Shown here piece by piece: positions 50,071 to 60,357 of a stretch of DNA of 64,000 bases. Position numbers and translations under genes: made by a program. The first letter of the stretch is position 1, and the number at the start of each line of letters is the position of its first letter. Below the pieces are notes generated by a model. It saw nothing but the letters and a program-made list of their open reading frames with translations, did not search any database and was not told where the DNA came from. The DNA lies in contig OY762069.1 of the NCBI GenBank assembly GCA_963665095.1, forward strand, positions 5,792,001-5,856,000, read 5' to 3'. Source of the DNA: an uncultured Desulfobacter sp. (GTDB taxonomy: Bacteria > Desulfobacterota > Desulfobacteria > Desulfobacterales > Desulfobacteraceae).

Positions 50071-50147
50071 CGTTACGGATAGGAACTTCCATTTTTACCG
50101 AAAAGGTATAGCAAAGAATGAAAAGATCATCAAGAACCTTGAATATG

Positions 50148-50197
50148 GCCCCAGCCGGTCATAGCCCCAACATGTTGGGGCTATGACCGGCTGGGGC
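50148..50197. repeat. Perfect 50-bp palindrome
   Basis: GCCCCAGCCGGTCATAGCCCCAACA|TGTTGGGGCTATGACCGGCTGGGGC, no spacer. Confidence 0.95.
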
Positions 50198-50344
50198 ATC
50201 GACTCCGGAACGGCCACGGATGCCAGAAATAACACCAGAGAGAAACAATAAAATCCGGCCTGCGCCACTGAAAAAGCGCTGAACAGCTATCATTTTTGAC
50301 TGATTTTGAGCATACCCCACCGGAAATCCCCCAAAGTGCTGGAA

Positions 50345-50848
50345 TTAATGCCAGCCACTGGTTGGGATTTGGGGCATGTAGTGAAGCTTGCGCTCGTCAG
50401 AAAAATCATAAATCAAATCAGGGATAGAGTTGGAAGTAACAGGTTGCGGCGGATCATGGTTACGGATATCCCAAAGCCCAAGATGACGCAATATTTTCTC
50501 GATGTTGTCAAGTTCTTCGATGAAACTGATGATATGCATCTGGCCCCAGCATTTTCATCAGACACGGTGGATTTCAGATATGCTTTGATAACCTTCCAGG
50601 CACAAATGGATAATTTTGCCAGCAGTTTTCTGTTAAAGAGAAAATAAATCCTCAATCGTTTAGGAGTGCTGAAGACCCACTGCCGGTGGGGCACATCCTT
50701 TAAAACATTGGTAAGCAGCCATTCTCCGTATTCAATGACTCTTTTCTGATGGCAGGAGGGACAGACTTGGCACCGCTTACAAGAAAAAGCAAGCAAATAC
50801 TCGTGACCGCAATTCTCACAACAGACCCTGGCAAACCCCATATGAAGA
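50345..50848 (-). mobile_element. IS91-like transposase remnant (Zn-binding N-terminus joined to C-terminus; catalytic core deleted)
   Basis: GFARV.C..C..FSCK..CPSC..PHRQWVF then IISFIE..KILRHLGLW..PP. Confidence 0.82.
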
Positions 50849-50849
50849 T

Positions 50850-51425
50850 CATGAAACCCTTGGTCAGTTTAATGTAGACATCATTGCAGGCACCTGTCCT
50901 GTAACAAAGGATAATGTACCGCACAACCAGGCATTTCTCTGGACCCGGGAAAAAGGTGTAAAAAGGGTGCATGACAAGTATTACCTGCCGGATGAAGAAG
51001 GTTTCTGGGAAGCCTCCTGGTACCGGCGGGGGGATGGCGGGTTCAGCACGGCCGTTCTGGACGGTGTCACCTCTGGTTTTTTAATCTGTACGGAGTTCTG
51101 GTTCAACCACCGGGCCCGGGAGTACGGCAGGGCAGATATGGACATTCTGCTGTGCCCGAGGGCGACCCCGTCATCTTCTTCGGACACCTGGGTGGTCGGG
51201 GGCAGGGCTGCTGCCAATCTGTCCGGAGCATATTGCCTGTCATCCAACGTTAACGGGCCAAACACAGCCCAAATGGATTTTGGAGGAACCGGCTGGATCA
51301 TTGAGCCGGAGGAGGCAGAGCTTCTGGGCACCACATCTTTGACCCGGCCTTATTTGACAGTGGATATTGATCTGCAGGCGGCAAAAAAGGCGAAAAACAC
51401 CTATCCAAGGTATGTTGAAGATTAA
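50850..51425 (+). pseudogene. Carbon-nitrogen hydrolase (nitrilase superfamily), 5'-truncated
   Basis: HNQAFLW, HDKYYLPDE, ICTE, SSN, GG.GWII; frame open from the junction at ~50850. Confidence 0.78.
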
Positions 51426-51462
51426 CTGCTGAATCAGCCGGCTGTCTGAATGGGAGAAAAAA

Positions 51463-51657
51463 ATGAGAGTGCTGTTCTGGTATTGTGACAGATTTGCCTG
51501 GACCCCTACAATCAAAACACTTGAACATGTCGCTGATGCTGCCCCGGATGTTCTGGAAAAAGTGGTTGTGGCCTTTGTTCATGTTGAACCCCAGGATAAT
51601 GATCTTGATATCAAAGCACAGGGCCACCCGCTGGCAAGGATTTATAAAGAGTTTTAA
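51463..51657 (+). pseudogene. Stand-alone threonyl-tRNA synthetase editing-domain protein with an internal deletion
   Basis: MRVLFWY..VVVAFVHVE (N-terminal) joined to DIKAQGHPLARIYKEF (C-terminal); 64 aa. Confidence 0.6.
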
Positions 51658-51713
51658 AAAGTAGTTTTAACCCGGGGCGGCCCGGATGCAGGATTAAAAT
51701 CTATGAACAGACA

Positions 51714-52259
51714 ATGAAAATCAGATACAATTCTCCGGTGGTTCTCACATTTGCAATTCTCTATTTGGTATTTTTGACCCTGCCGGTTGCAAAGACCATG
51801 GGACTGAACCCTGCTTCTCCTGCCAGGCTTGCCTTTTCAGACATTCAGTTTTATCCAAGGCTTTTCACCCATGTTTTCCAGCATGGATCCTGGTCCCATT
51901 TTATGGGCAACTTCATGATTATTCTTTTTGTGGGGCCGCTTCTGGAAGAAAAATACGGGTCATGGCTGTTATTTGAAATGATGGCAGTAACCGCTGTTGT
52001 CACAGCCCTGGTCAATGCGGCTGTTTTTCACACAAGCCTGATCGGTGCCAGCGGCCTTGGCTTTATGATGATTCTTTTAAGCTCCTTTGCCAATTTCAAG
52101 GCAAGGCAGATTCCTTTAACCTTTATTCTGGTTGCTGTTCTTTATATTGGATTCGAGGTTGCAGCCACCCTTAAAGTGGACCAGATCTTACAGTTCAGCC
52201 ATCTGGCAGGAGGTTTTTTTGGGGCTGCATTTGGATTTTTACGGGTTGGAAAACGGTAA
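51714..52259 (+). CDS. Rhomboid intramembrane protease
   Basis: H..W.H..GN, GASG, SHLAGG. Confidence 0.88.
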   Translation: MKIRYNSPVVLTFAILYLVFLTLPVAKTMGLNPASPARLAFSDIQFYPRLFTHVFQHGSWSHFMGNFMIILFVGPLLEEKYGSWLLFEMMAVTAVVTALVNAAVFHTSLIGASGLGFMMILLSSFANFKARQIPLTFILVAVLYIGFEVAATLKVDQILQFSHLAGGFFGAAFGFLRVGKR

Positions 52260-52280
52260 GGACCGGAATACAGGTCAAAC

Positions 52281-52670
52281 ATGATAAAAAATATTTCAAA
52301 GGCAATGGACCCGGCCCGGCTGATTAAAAAACTATGGTTTAAGAACTATCTGTTTGCCGGGGATACGCTCAACGCCATGAACCAGGGGCTTATGGAATGC
52401 GAAAAAATTAATGAAGCCTTTGGCCGCTACGTAGACCCCCGGATCCGGGACGAAATCCTTTCCGGCCGGGTCTCCTTGGACGGGGAGAGAAAAGAGGTCG
52501 CCATTTTGTTTGCTGACCTGCGAAATTTTACCCCTTTGGTGGCAGTGACCCCTGCCAAAGGCCTGATCTATATGCTCAACTCCTATTTTGACGAGGTGTC
52601 CAGGGAAAAAGTACGCCTGTCCAGGTGTATGGCCTTGCCCATGAGCAGCCGGGAAAATCCTTTTGACTGA
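52281..52670 (+). pseudogene. Class III adenylate/guanylate cyclase remnant with two internal deletions
   Basis: FGRYV..ILFADLRNFT..LNSYF, then out-of-frame VQGKSTPVQVY tail. Confidence 0.75.
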
Positions 52671-52706
52671 CACACGGCAAAATCAACAGCACGGCTCCGC
52701 AGTGAT

Positions 52707-54386
52707 TTATTTTGAGTCCCTCCTGTGTAACTCATTTTGCAAAGCGATTCCAAGTTCCTCTATGGCATAGGGCTTTCTGATAAACCGGCCGGCGCCTAAT
52801 GCCTGGGTGTCTCTCACCTGCTCGGATTCAGTAAAGCCGCTGACAATGATCGCTTTTTGACCCGGATGAAGGCTGATAATCTTTTTATAGGTCTCAAATC
52901 CGTCCATGCCGCCCTCCATGATCATGTCCAGAATGATCAGGTCGGCTGAGTTACCGGTCAAATATTCAACTGCTTGTTCACCACTGTTGACACAGTGTGC
53001 TGAATAACCCAATTTTTTAACAATTTTTGTGCACAGATCTCTTTGTAGATTATCATCATCAATAATCAGGATGGATTCGCCGCTGCCGGTATAATCTTGT
53101 GGAGTCAGGCTGGGCTCCCTGCTGGAAATATCTTCATCTGCAACAGGAAAAAAAAGTGTAAAGGTCGTGCCTTCTCCTTTTCTGCTTTGAACATCCACAT
53201 ATCCATCATGGTCTTTTACCGTACCCCAGACAATGGCTAAACCAAGTCCGGTCCCGCTTCTTCCCATGACTTTTTTTGTATAAAAAGGTTCAAAAATTCT
53301 ATTTAGATCTTCTTTAGAAATGCCCGGCCCGTTATCTGACACTGTAACAGACACATAGCTGCCTTTATTCATAACTTCATAGGTATCACAGGATTTGTCC
53401 ATGGCAGCACCTGCAGTGGTTATGGTGATATGTCCCCCCTTTGCCATGGCCTCCAGTGAATTTAACACAAGGTTCATGACCGCCTTTGACAGGTGAACTG
53501 GTGATCCGTACATGGCCGGCAGATCCTGCTGCAGGCTGGTTTCAATGGTTGTTCCGGGATAATTGCTTTCCATTTTTTTATATTCAGGCGAGTTTAAAAA
53601 ATCGGAAATAATATGATTCAGGTTGACGGCTGCGGCATTGATGATTCCTTTTCTGACAAGGGTAAGCAGGTCCTGTACCACTGCTGCCGCTCTTTGCCCG
53701 GAGTCCTGTATCGTTAAAAGGGGACCCCGTAAAGGACTGTCTTTGGAAATATCGAGCAGAAGAAGCTCTGGATAACTCATTATACCGGTAAGGATGTTGT
53801 TCAGATCATGGGCAACGCTTCCGGCCAGTATTCCAACCGCTTCCATTTTCTCTGCCCGCTTAAGGCTGAGCTGCAGCTTGAGTTTTTCTTCAGCCGTTTT
53901 TTTATTTTGCCGGATTTCCTGTTCGAGTTTTTTATTGCTTAGCATCAGCTCTTCAGTGCGCTTTTCTACTTGCTTTTCCAGTGTATCCTTGATTTCTATC
54001 AGCTCGGCTTCGGCACGACAGCGCTCTTTAAGTTCATGCCTAAGGCTTTTTGTCAGATCACGGATTCTGCCCACACCGCTGGTGATCAGAAATGTAATCG
54101 CATATTGGGGTATCCCGCTTGAAATGAGTTGATCCATGCTGCTTCCCACTGTTCTGGCAAGATTCATAAGAACCAGGGCGTGCAAAAACCAGAACACCAG
54201 GCCCAGGCGCAGCCCGAGCAGCCATCCGGCAAGGATTGGAAAGAGGCTGGAAAGGATGAACGCCCCGTCTTTTGTTATTGAATGCAGGGGGATGAACGTG
54301 GTGCCGAACAAGAGCAAAAGAGATGAAATAATAACAACAGGTCTGAAATATTTATCTTGAAACCATAAGCCTGCCTTTTTCCCCAT
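52707..54386 (-). CDS. Membrane hybrid histidine kinase (TM, HisKA, HATPase, REC)
   Basis: AHDLNNIL, SGTGLGL, ILDMIM, RKPY. Confidence 0.93.
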   Translation of the reverse strand: MGKKAGLWFQDKYFRPVVIISSLLLLFGTTFIPLHSITKDGAFILSSLFPILAGWLLGLRLGLVFWFLHALVLMNLARTVGSSMDQLISSGIPQYAITFLITSGVGRIRDLTKSLRHELKERCRAEAELIEIKDTLEKQVEKRTEELMLSNKKLEQEIRQNKKTAEEKLKLQLSLKRAEKMEAVGILAGSVAHDLNNILTGIMSYPELLLLDISKDSPLRGPLLTIQDSGQRAAAVVQDLLTLVRKGIINAAAVNLNHIISDFLNSPEYKKMESNYPGTTIETSLQQDLPAMYGSPVHLSKAVMNLVLNSLEAMAKGGHITITTAGAAMDKSCDTYEVMNKGSYVSVTVSDNGPGISKEDLNRIFEPFYTKKVMGRSGTGLGLAIVWGTVKDHDGYVDVQSRKGEGTTFTLFFPVADEDISSREPSLTPQDYTGSGESILIIDDDNLQRDLCTKIVKKLGYSAHCVNSGEQAVEYLTGNSADLIILDMIMEGGMDGFETYKKIISLHPGQKAIIVSGFTESEQVRDTQALGAGRFIRKPYAIEELGIALQNELHRRDSK

Positions 54387-54390
54387 GCTT

Positions 54391-55194
54391 TTATTCCCTG
54401 ATTTGCTTTTCAGCCCTGCTTTCTAAAGGACGGGTTTTTGCCAGCTTTTCAAGTTCTTTCCGGATAAAATCATTATATGAAAAAGGAAGCTGGTCAAAGA
54501 GTTGATTATACTGGTCCAGGTACTTTCTGGTATGGGCAGCTTTTTTTGAAAAAACAGTATATGCGTGGATCGGCTTTTCCGGGAGGGGGAGAATCTTGAC
54601 CTGATCCAGAACCCCCATTTTGCCTGCTTCATATTTCAGTGTTACATCGTTGAGATCATATGCCGCGTCCAGTCTGTTGAAAAGCACTCTTTTGATATTT
54701 TGTGCCACCCAGTCCGGCCCTCTTATATAGTCCATTTTAAAGCTGTTGATGTTTTCTTTTATGAATTTTGACAGATTTGCGTCCCTGAGAAAACCAACCC
54801 TAAGCCCTGCCACATTATCCACAGAAACGATCTTGTTTATTTTGCGGTCTTTTTTAAGGAGAAATACCGGTTGAGATGGAAAATGCGAATGGTCCGGAAA
54901 GTAGAGATATTCCATCCGCTTTTTATTTTTGGTTACCATCTGGGCACCGTCAACCGTTCCATCCTGAAGGTATCTGACAAGCCGGGGAAAAGGAAGCGGG
55001 CCTTCCCATTGTACGGTATGCCCCATTAATTTTGCCACTTCATTGAAAAAATGGACAGCTGCGCCATCAGCTGCCTTGTCTGTTGCATATGTATGGGGAT
55101 TTAAAATAAAATATCCCATTTTTATGGTATCTGCATAACCAGCCCGCGCAAATCCAAACACGATTATAAAAATCAAGACATAATATTTTTTCAT
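54391..55194 (-). CDS. Periplasmic substrate-binding protein (family 3-like)
   Basis: Signal peptide, LPFPR, NRLDA; 4 nt upstream of the kinase start. Confidence 0.82.
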   Translation of the reverse strand: MKKYYVLIFIIVFGFARAGYADTIKMGYFILNPHTYATDKAADGAAVHFFNEVAKLMGHTVQWEGPLPFPRLVRYLQDGTVDGAQMVTKNKKRMEYLYFPDHSHFPSQPVFLLKKDRKINKIVSVDNVAGLRVGFLRDANLSKFIKENINSFKMDYIRGPDWVAQNIKRVLFNRLDAAYDLNDVTLKYEAGKMGVLDQVKILPLPEKPIHAYTVFSKKAAHTRKYLDQYNQLFDQLPFSYNDFIRKELEKLAKTRPLESRAEKQIRE

Positions 55195-55400
55195 TGCTTC
55201 CCTCCTTTTCGCCGCCATGAGTGCAAATTTAAAAAGAAAAGACAATTGTAAAAAACAACATAAAAGTGATTTTTGACATCAATTTGTTATCATAGCTTTT
55301 TTTTAACACATCTCACAATATTAACTGTTTGTAAATGAGATATCCGGGACAGGAGAATCACAAAATTTGATATGGCAGAACACGCAGGTTTTTACGGATT

Positions 55401-55901
55401 TTATACGGCATAGGATCTTCTCAGAAATTTAGGGGGCAGTTTGTCTGCATGCATATAATCCACTGCATCGTCAATGGTCTGTTTGTTGTCTGTGACCATT
55501 AGTTTTGAGGTGGCATGGGCCAGCAGTTTATCCTCTTGACTGAACATGCGGGCTTGTGTGAGAAACAGGGTTCTTCCCGGTTTCAATAGTTTTCCTGTCA
55601 CATACACTTTATTTCCCGGTACAGGGGCAAGAAGGTCCACCTTCAGGTCAATGGTGACCAGCCCCTGGGTCTGTCCCAGGTTGCAATAGCCAGACCAGTA
55701 GGCAGCAGTATCCAGTAAAGAGGAGTATACCCCGCCGTGAATTCCGCCAAAAGGATTCATATGATTTTTGCTGATCACGGCAGTTACTTTTGAATGGCCC
55801 ATATCCAGTTCCGTGACCTTCATGGATATGTGCTGGAAAAAAGGCCCTTTATTGATACACTCAAGAACCGATCTGATATGTTCTGGATTTAAAGACGGCA
55901 T
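55401..55901 (-). CDS. PaaI-family thioesterase
   Basis: NPFGGIHGGVYSSLLD, TIDLKV. Confidence 0.9.
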   Translation of the reverse strand: MPSLNPEHIRSVLECINKGPFFQHISMKVTELDMGHSKVTAVISKNHMNPFGGIHGGVYSSLLDTAAYWSGYCNLGQTQGLVTIDLKVDLLAPVPGNKVYVTGKLLKPGRTLFLTQARMFSQEDKLLAHATSKLMVTDNKQTIDDAVDYMHADKLPPKFLRRSYAV

Positions 55902-55919
55902 AAGTCCTCCTCAGGCTGG

Positions 55920-56432
55920 TTACCCTGCCAGGCCCGGTCCATTGGGCCGGGCTGGTGTAATGGTCCGGTCCGGTTCATTGATTGGGTCAGATCCTCTGGC
56001 CCGGCCTGGTTCATTGATTTGGTCCAGGCGGGCAAGAAACTGCTGCATCTGCGACCATTCATCCCGGGTAAAACAGTTTAAAAATTTTTTGTTTGTTTTT
56101 TCAAAAAGTGTAAGAATGCTGTTTTTATGATCCAGGGCGTGCTGGGTAAGAAAGATTCTCAAGGAGCGGCGATCGTTATGGTCGGCTTTTCTTTTAATCC
56201 AGCCCTCTTTTTCAAGCCGGTCAAGCAGCCCTGTTGTTGTGGCCCGGTCCTGGGCAGTTTTTTCTGCCAGTTCACTGGGCAGCAGCCCGTCTTGCTCCAG
56301 AATCGCCACCATCATGAAAAACTGCCCGTGGGTCAGCTTATAGGCGGAAATTTCCTTCCGATATGCTTTGGATACCTGGCGTACGGTTCTGCCCAGTTGA
56401 AAACATACGCAATCTGTAAATGACACATTCAC
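55920..56432 (-). CDS. MarR family regulator
   Basis: LTHGQF..LDRLEKEGWI.R..DRR. Confidence 0.9.
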   Translation of the reverse strand: MNVSFTDCVCFQLGRTVRQVSKAYRKEISAYKLTHGQFFMMVAILEQDGLLPSELAEKTAQDRATTTGLLDRLEKEGWIKRKADHNDRRSLRIFLTQHALDHKNSILTLFEKTNKKFLNCFTRDEWSQMQQFLARLDQINEPGRARGSDPINEPDRTITPARPNGPGLAG

Positions 56433-56645
56433 CCCTTACATTTTTATATGAAAGAACTGTGCAAGCCCCTTAAATTCTTTCATGTTTTGTTGCGGGTAAC
56501 CCTTGGTCAAAGACCAGGGCGGCCCATGGCCGTTAGTTGGAAATTACCATTGTTGATGATGTGCTTAACATACAAATAGTTTAAATACAAACTATAATAT
56601 GAAATTGTCGGGCCAAGGCAGCAGGTAAAGGGGCTCAGCTCAGTT

Positions 56646-57476
56646 TTAACTGCAGGTTTCCGCCTCCAGGTAACGGATAAAAAGATCTCTGGCACTGTTT
56701 TTTTTGTGCTCATCTGCAAAGACCGCAATGGAAAAGACCGGCAGCTCCGGCAGGTCCAGGCGGGAGGGTGCTTTGTGCATGCCCTGTTTTACGGCCCCCA
56801 TGGGAAGAACCGACAGCCCCATTCCTGCCTGCACAGCGGTCTGAACACTTGAAATGGATGTTCCTGTGAAAACAATTTTCCATTTCTGGTTTTTCTGTTC
56901 AAGGGTCTGGGTGGCAAGTTTTCTGAAATGGCAGGGGGACGGCAGCACCACCAGGGGCAGGGTGTCATTCATGTTGAACTCTGCATTGTCCCCTGTGGCC
57001 CAGACCAGGGGCTCCTGGGTAAGCACCCGGCAGCTTCCCTGGTAAAGATCCTTGCCAGCCACCACCAGATCCAGGTCTCCTTTTTCAAAGGCAGGGACAA
57101 GGTCTGTGCCCAGGTCCATCTGCACTTCAAGATGGATATTGGGGTATTGTTTTCTGAACCGGATAAGGATGCCCGGCAAAAGTTCGGGTATGACATAGTC
57201 GATCAGCCCCACACGAAGAGGTCCAGAGGCCTTGGGCGCTGTCAGCTGGCTCACTGCCTCGTCATGGGCGGACAGAATCCGCTGTGTATGGGCCAGTAAT
57301 ATTTCACCCTCATGGGTCAGCGAAAGATTTTTACTTGTCCTGTTGAACACCTTGGCATCCAGGCGTTCTTCCAGGCGGCGGATTTTTGTGCTTACGCCTG
57401 CCTGGGTCAGGCCGATATCGTTTCCAGCTTTTGTAAAGCTGCCGGTTTCCGCAACCTGCCTGAAACAGCGCAGCAT
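56646..57476 (-). CDS. LysR family regulator (first few residues apparently missing)
   Basis: GSFTKA..TQAGVSTKIRRLE; LysR substrate domain. Confidence 0.85.
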   Translation of the reverse strand: MLRCFRQVAETGSFTKAGNDIGLTQAGVSTKIRRLEERLDAKVFNRTSKNLSLTHEGEILLAHTQRILSAHDEAVSQLTAPKASGPLRVGLIDYVIPELLPGILIRFRKQYPNIHLEVQMDLGTDLVPAFEKGDLDLVVAGKDLYQGSCRVLTQEPLVWATGDNAEFNMNDTLPLVVLPSPCHFRKLATQTLEQKNQKWKIVFTGTSISSVQTAVQAGMGLSVLPMGAVKQGMHKAPSRLDLPELPVFSIAVFADEHKKNSARDLFIRYLEAETCS

Positions 57477-57480
57477 GATA

Positions 57481-57505
57481 AGTTGTTATGAATCATATAA
57501 CAACT
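57481..57505. promoter_or_regulatory. LysR-type inverted-repeat box
   Basis: AGTTGTTAT-N7-ATAACAACT next to the lysR start. Confidence 0.5.
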
Positions 57506-57860
57506 ATTAATTTGTATTATTTTAAATTGATTATATAATTCACTCCAGTTACAGGTTGATCGTCAACCGGAATGGTTTACAGGTTGTTTTAAAAAACAGT
57601 GCCTTAACCGTTGGGCAATAAGGCCGCCCACTAAACCTGCCACCACAATAATTGCAATATCTGACGCGATACCCATTAGTCTCCCTGCCTGTACTGTGAA
57701 TGATTGGCTTGACACCTGAAAACCCGCAGCCCTTCCCGGCGGCGTTACCGGTCATCAGATGCTTGCTTTTTTCAGGAAACATAGTAATAAAATTTGAATT
57801 AGAAAGCCACTGACTTTAAATCAAAAATAAGATGGGGTGCATTGCACCTGCCCTGCTGGA

Positions 57861-57911
57861 CAACTTTTCGTTCAAACACCAAACAAGGGGTTTTCGTTCA
57901 GGCACTATTTA
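57861..57911. repeat. Second decayed copy of the dispersed intergenic element
   Basis: Same two blocks as 9895-9957. Confidence 0.6.
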
Positions 57912-57941
57912 ATTTCATTGGCAATTGTTGTAAATTAACAC

Positions 57942-57956
57942 TGGCATACAAAATGC
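57942..57956 (+). promoter_or_regulatory. Putative sigma54 promoter of the FIST-FIST-kinase operon
   Basis: TGGCATACAAAATGC (GG-N10-GC), ~75 nt before the start. Confidence 0.55.
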
Positions 57957-58031
57957 CGGGTCGGCCCCTGGCCGTTATCGAAAACATTTTATTAGATTCT
58001 ATAGACAGTCACCTAAGCGATAAGGAGAACC

Positions 58032-59192
58032 GTGATGCCCCATGCCGTTATTGAAAAAATCAAACGTGCAGAAGCAACTTCCCAGGATCCTGCTGTTGCA
58101 GTAGCATCACTTGCAGAGCAGCTTCACCAGGATGAACCGGCAGGTGTAATCTTTTTTTGTTCGGCAGAAAGCTATGACCCGCAAGCCCTGGAAGCTCAAT
58201 TCAAGTTAAAGTTCAACTGTCCGGTTGCCGGATGTACAACTGCCGGCGAAATCTGCACCTGTTACCAGAAAAACAGCATCGTTGCGCTCAGTTTCGCGAA
58301 ATCTCATTTCAGAATTCACCCGTATTTAATTTCCCCCCTGGCGAATTTTGATGCCGAGGCAGCCTTCTCATTGGCCAACAAAATGCGAGGCAACCTTGAA
58401 CTGTCCGATGACTTTGATCCTGGAAAAATGTTTGCACTGGGACTTTTTGACGGGCTCTCGCTTATGGAGGAAGCCGTAATACCGCATATCAGCGCAGCGC
58501 TCAACGGTGTCTGCCTCGTTGGCGGGTCTGCAGCTGACAACATGATATTTAATGAGACCAGGGTGTTTGCTGACGGAGAATTTCACACCGGTGCCGGGGT
58601 GTTGATCATAATCGAAACCCTGCTTGATTTTAAGATATTCAAACATCAGGATTTTGTCCCGACCGAGATTGACATGATCATCACAGAAGCAGACCCTAAA
58701 GTGCGAAAAGTGTCCGAAATTAACGGAATGCCGGCTGCTGAGGAGTACGCCAAAATTTTAGGATTAAAGGTCGAGGATCTGTCTTTTGAGGTGTTTGCCG
58801 ACAACCCGCTCATGCTTGAAATAGGTGACGGCTGGTATGTACGTTCCATTATGGAGGCCAACCCGGACGGCAGCCTCACCTTTTCCTGCGCCATCGACAA
58901 CGGTCTTGTGTTAGCCATGGGAAGGGGGGGAGGATTTGTGGAAAATCTGGAAGCCCATGCCGGAAAATTGAACACTGAATTTTCAACGCTTTTATGCACC
59001 ATCGGCTTTGATTGCCTCCATCGCCGTCTGGAATTGCAAAGAAACGGTGAGACCGCAGAAGTTGAAGCGGCATTGGCACAGATGCGCTTTGTTGGATTCA
59101 GCACCTATGGGGAACAAATTAATGCCGTACATGTGAACCATACGCTGACAGGGGTCGCTATCGGGAAAAAAATAGCTACAAAGGACAGGTAA
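58032..59192 (+). CDS. FIST-domain, NosP-like sensor
   Basis: IFFCS, GCTTAGEI, DGLS..EE, GGSAAD, GFDC..R, GFSTYGEQ..HVN.T. Confidence 0.92.
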   Translation: MMPHAVIEKIKRAEATSQDPAVAVASLAEQLHQDEPAGVIFFCSAESYDPQALEAQFKLKFNCPVAGCTTAGEICTCYQKNSIVALSFAKSHFRIHPYLISPLANFDAEAAFSLANKMRGNLELSDDFDPGKMFALGLFDGLSLMEEAVIPHISAALNGVCLVGGSAADNMIFNETRVFADGEFHTGAGVLIIIETLLDFKIFKHQDFVPTEIDMIITEADPKVRKVSEINGMPAAEEYAKILGLKVEDLSFEVFADNPLMLEIGDGWYVRSIMEANPDGSLTFSCAIDNGLVLAMGRGGGFVENLEAHAGKLNTEFSTLLCTIGFDCLHRRLELQRNGETAEVEAALAQMRFVGFSTYGEQINAVHVNHTLTGVAIGKKIATKDR

Positions 59193-60357
59193 AATGTCTT
59201 ATGGGAAAAATGAAAAAATCCAACGCGCTGAAGTACGTTCAACGGACCCGGTCCTTGCAGTGTCTTCTCTGGCGAAACAGCTTGATCAGGGGGATTTGGC
59301 CGGGGGTATCTTTTTTTGTTCGGCAGAGTATGACCCAGACACCCTTGCAGCTGAATTCAGAGCACATTTTGACTGCCCGGTTGCAGGTTGTACCACAGCA
59401 GGAGAAATCGGATCACGTTACCAGGAAAAAGGCATTGTGGCCGCCGGTTTTGCCAAATCCGATTTTCGTTTTCATCCCTTCTTTATCCCCGCCGTAGATG
59501 CCTTTGACGCCGGGGCAGCGTACAGGTTGAGAGACACCATTCGCGGCCAGCTTGAATTTTCAGCTGACTACGATCCAAACAAAATGTTCGGTATCCTCCT
59601 CGTTGACGGGTTGTCAATGCAGGAAGAATCCGTGTCTGCAAATATCAGTACTGTAATTGAGGGGGTTTCCCTTGTCGGGGGATCAGCCGGGGATGGTATG
59701 AATTTCAGGGAAACCCGTATATTTGCAAACGGGGGATTCCATACAAGCGCCGGTATTTTTATCATGATCGAATCCAGGCCGGATTTTAACATATTTAAAT
59801 TTCAGAACTATATTCCGTCTGATAATGAGTTGATTATTACCGAAGCCGATTCGGCAGCCCGAAAGGTAACAGAGATCAATGGCGGGATAGCGGCCGAAGA
59901 GTATTCCAAAGCCATGGGCAGCGATGTAACGGCATTATCTCCGGACATATTGCATCCCTATCCGATCATGGTTGAAATCGGGGACGAGTGGTACGCGCGT
60001 GCCCTTCGTCAAGTAAATCCTGACGGGAGCATGACATTTTTCTGCTCAGTTGATACCGGTCTGGTCATGACCCTTGGCCAACATATTGACTTTATAGATC
60101 ACCTAAAAAAAAGTGCCGCAGCATTGAAACAACGTTTTTCAACAATTTTATGCACCATCGGTTTTGATTGCCTTTCCCGGCGAATGGAACTGTTCAAGCT
60201 CGATAAAACAAAGGAAGCCGAAGCCGTCCTGGCCCCCTTGAATTTTATCGGATTCAGCTCCTATGGTGTATAATGGACCCCGAAATTTGAACCAGTTGCT
60301 AAGGTACATATGAGGTGATAAAAACCCGGTTCAAATTTGTACCGAAAAAGGAGGTCC

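Noticed and set aside
50148..50197. Protelomerase (telRL) site
   Set aside because: No protelomerase or phage genes in the window, and the palindrome is GC-rich; kept only as an unexplained palindrome
45152..54807. DGR template/variable repeat pair
   Set aside because: Differences between the copies are not confined to adenines and there is no intact RT
55955..56030. Short tandem duplication at the 3' end of marR (GGTTCATTGATT twice)
   Set aside because: Only two degenerate copies inside a coding tail; not a CRISPR or array
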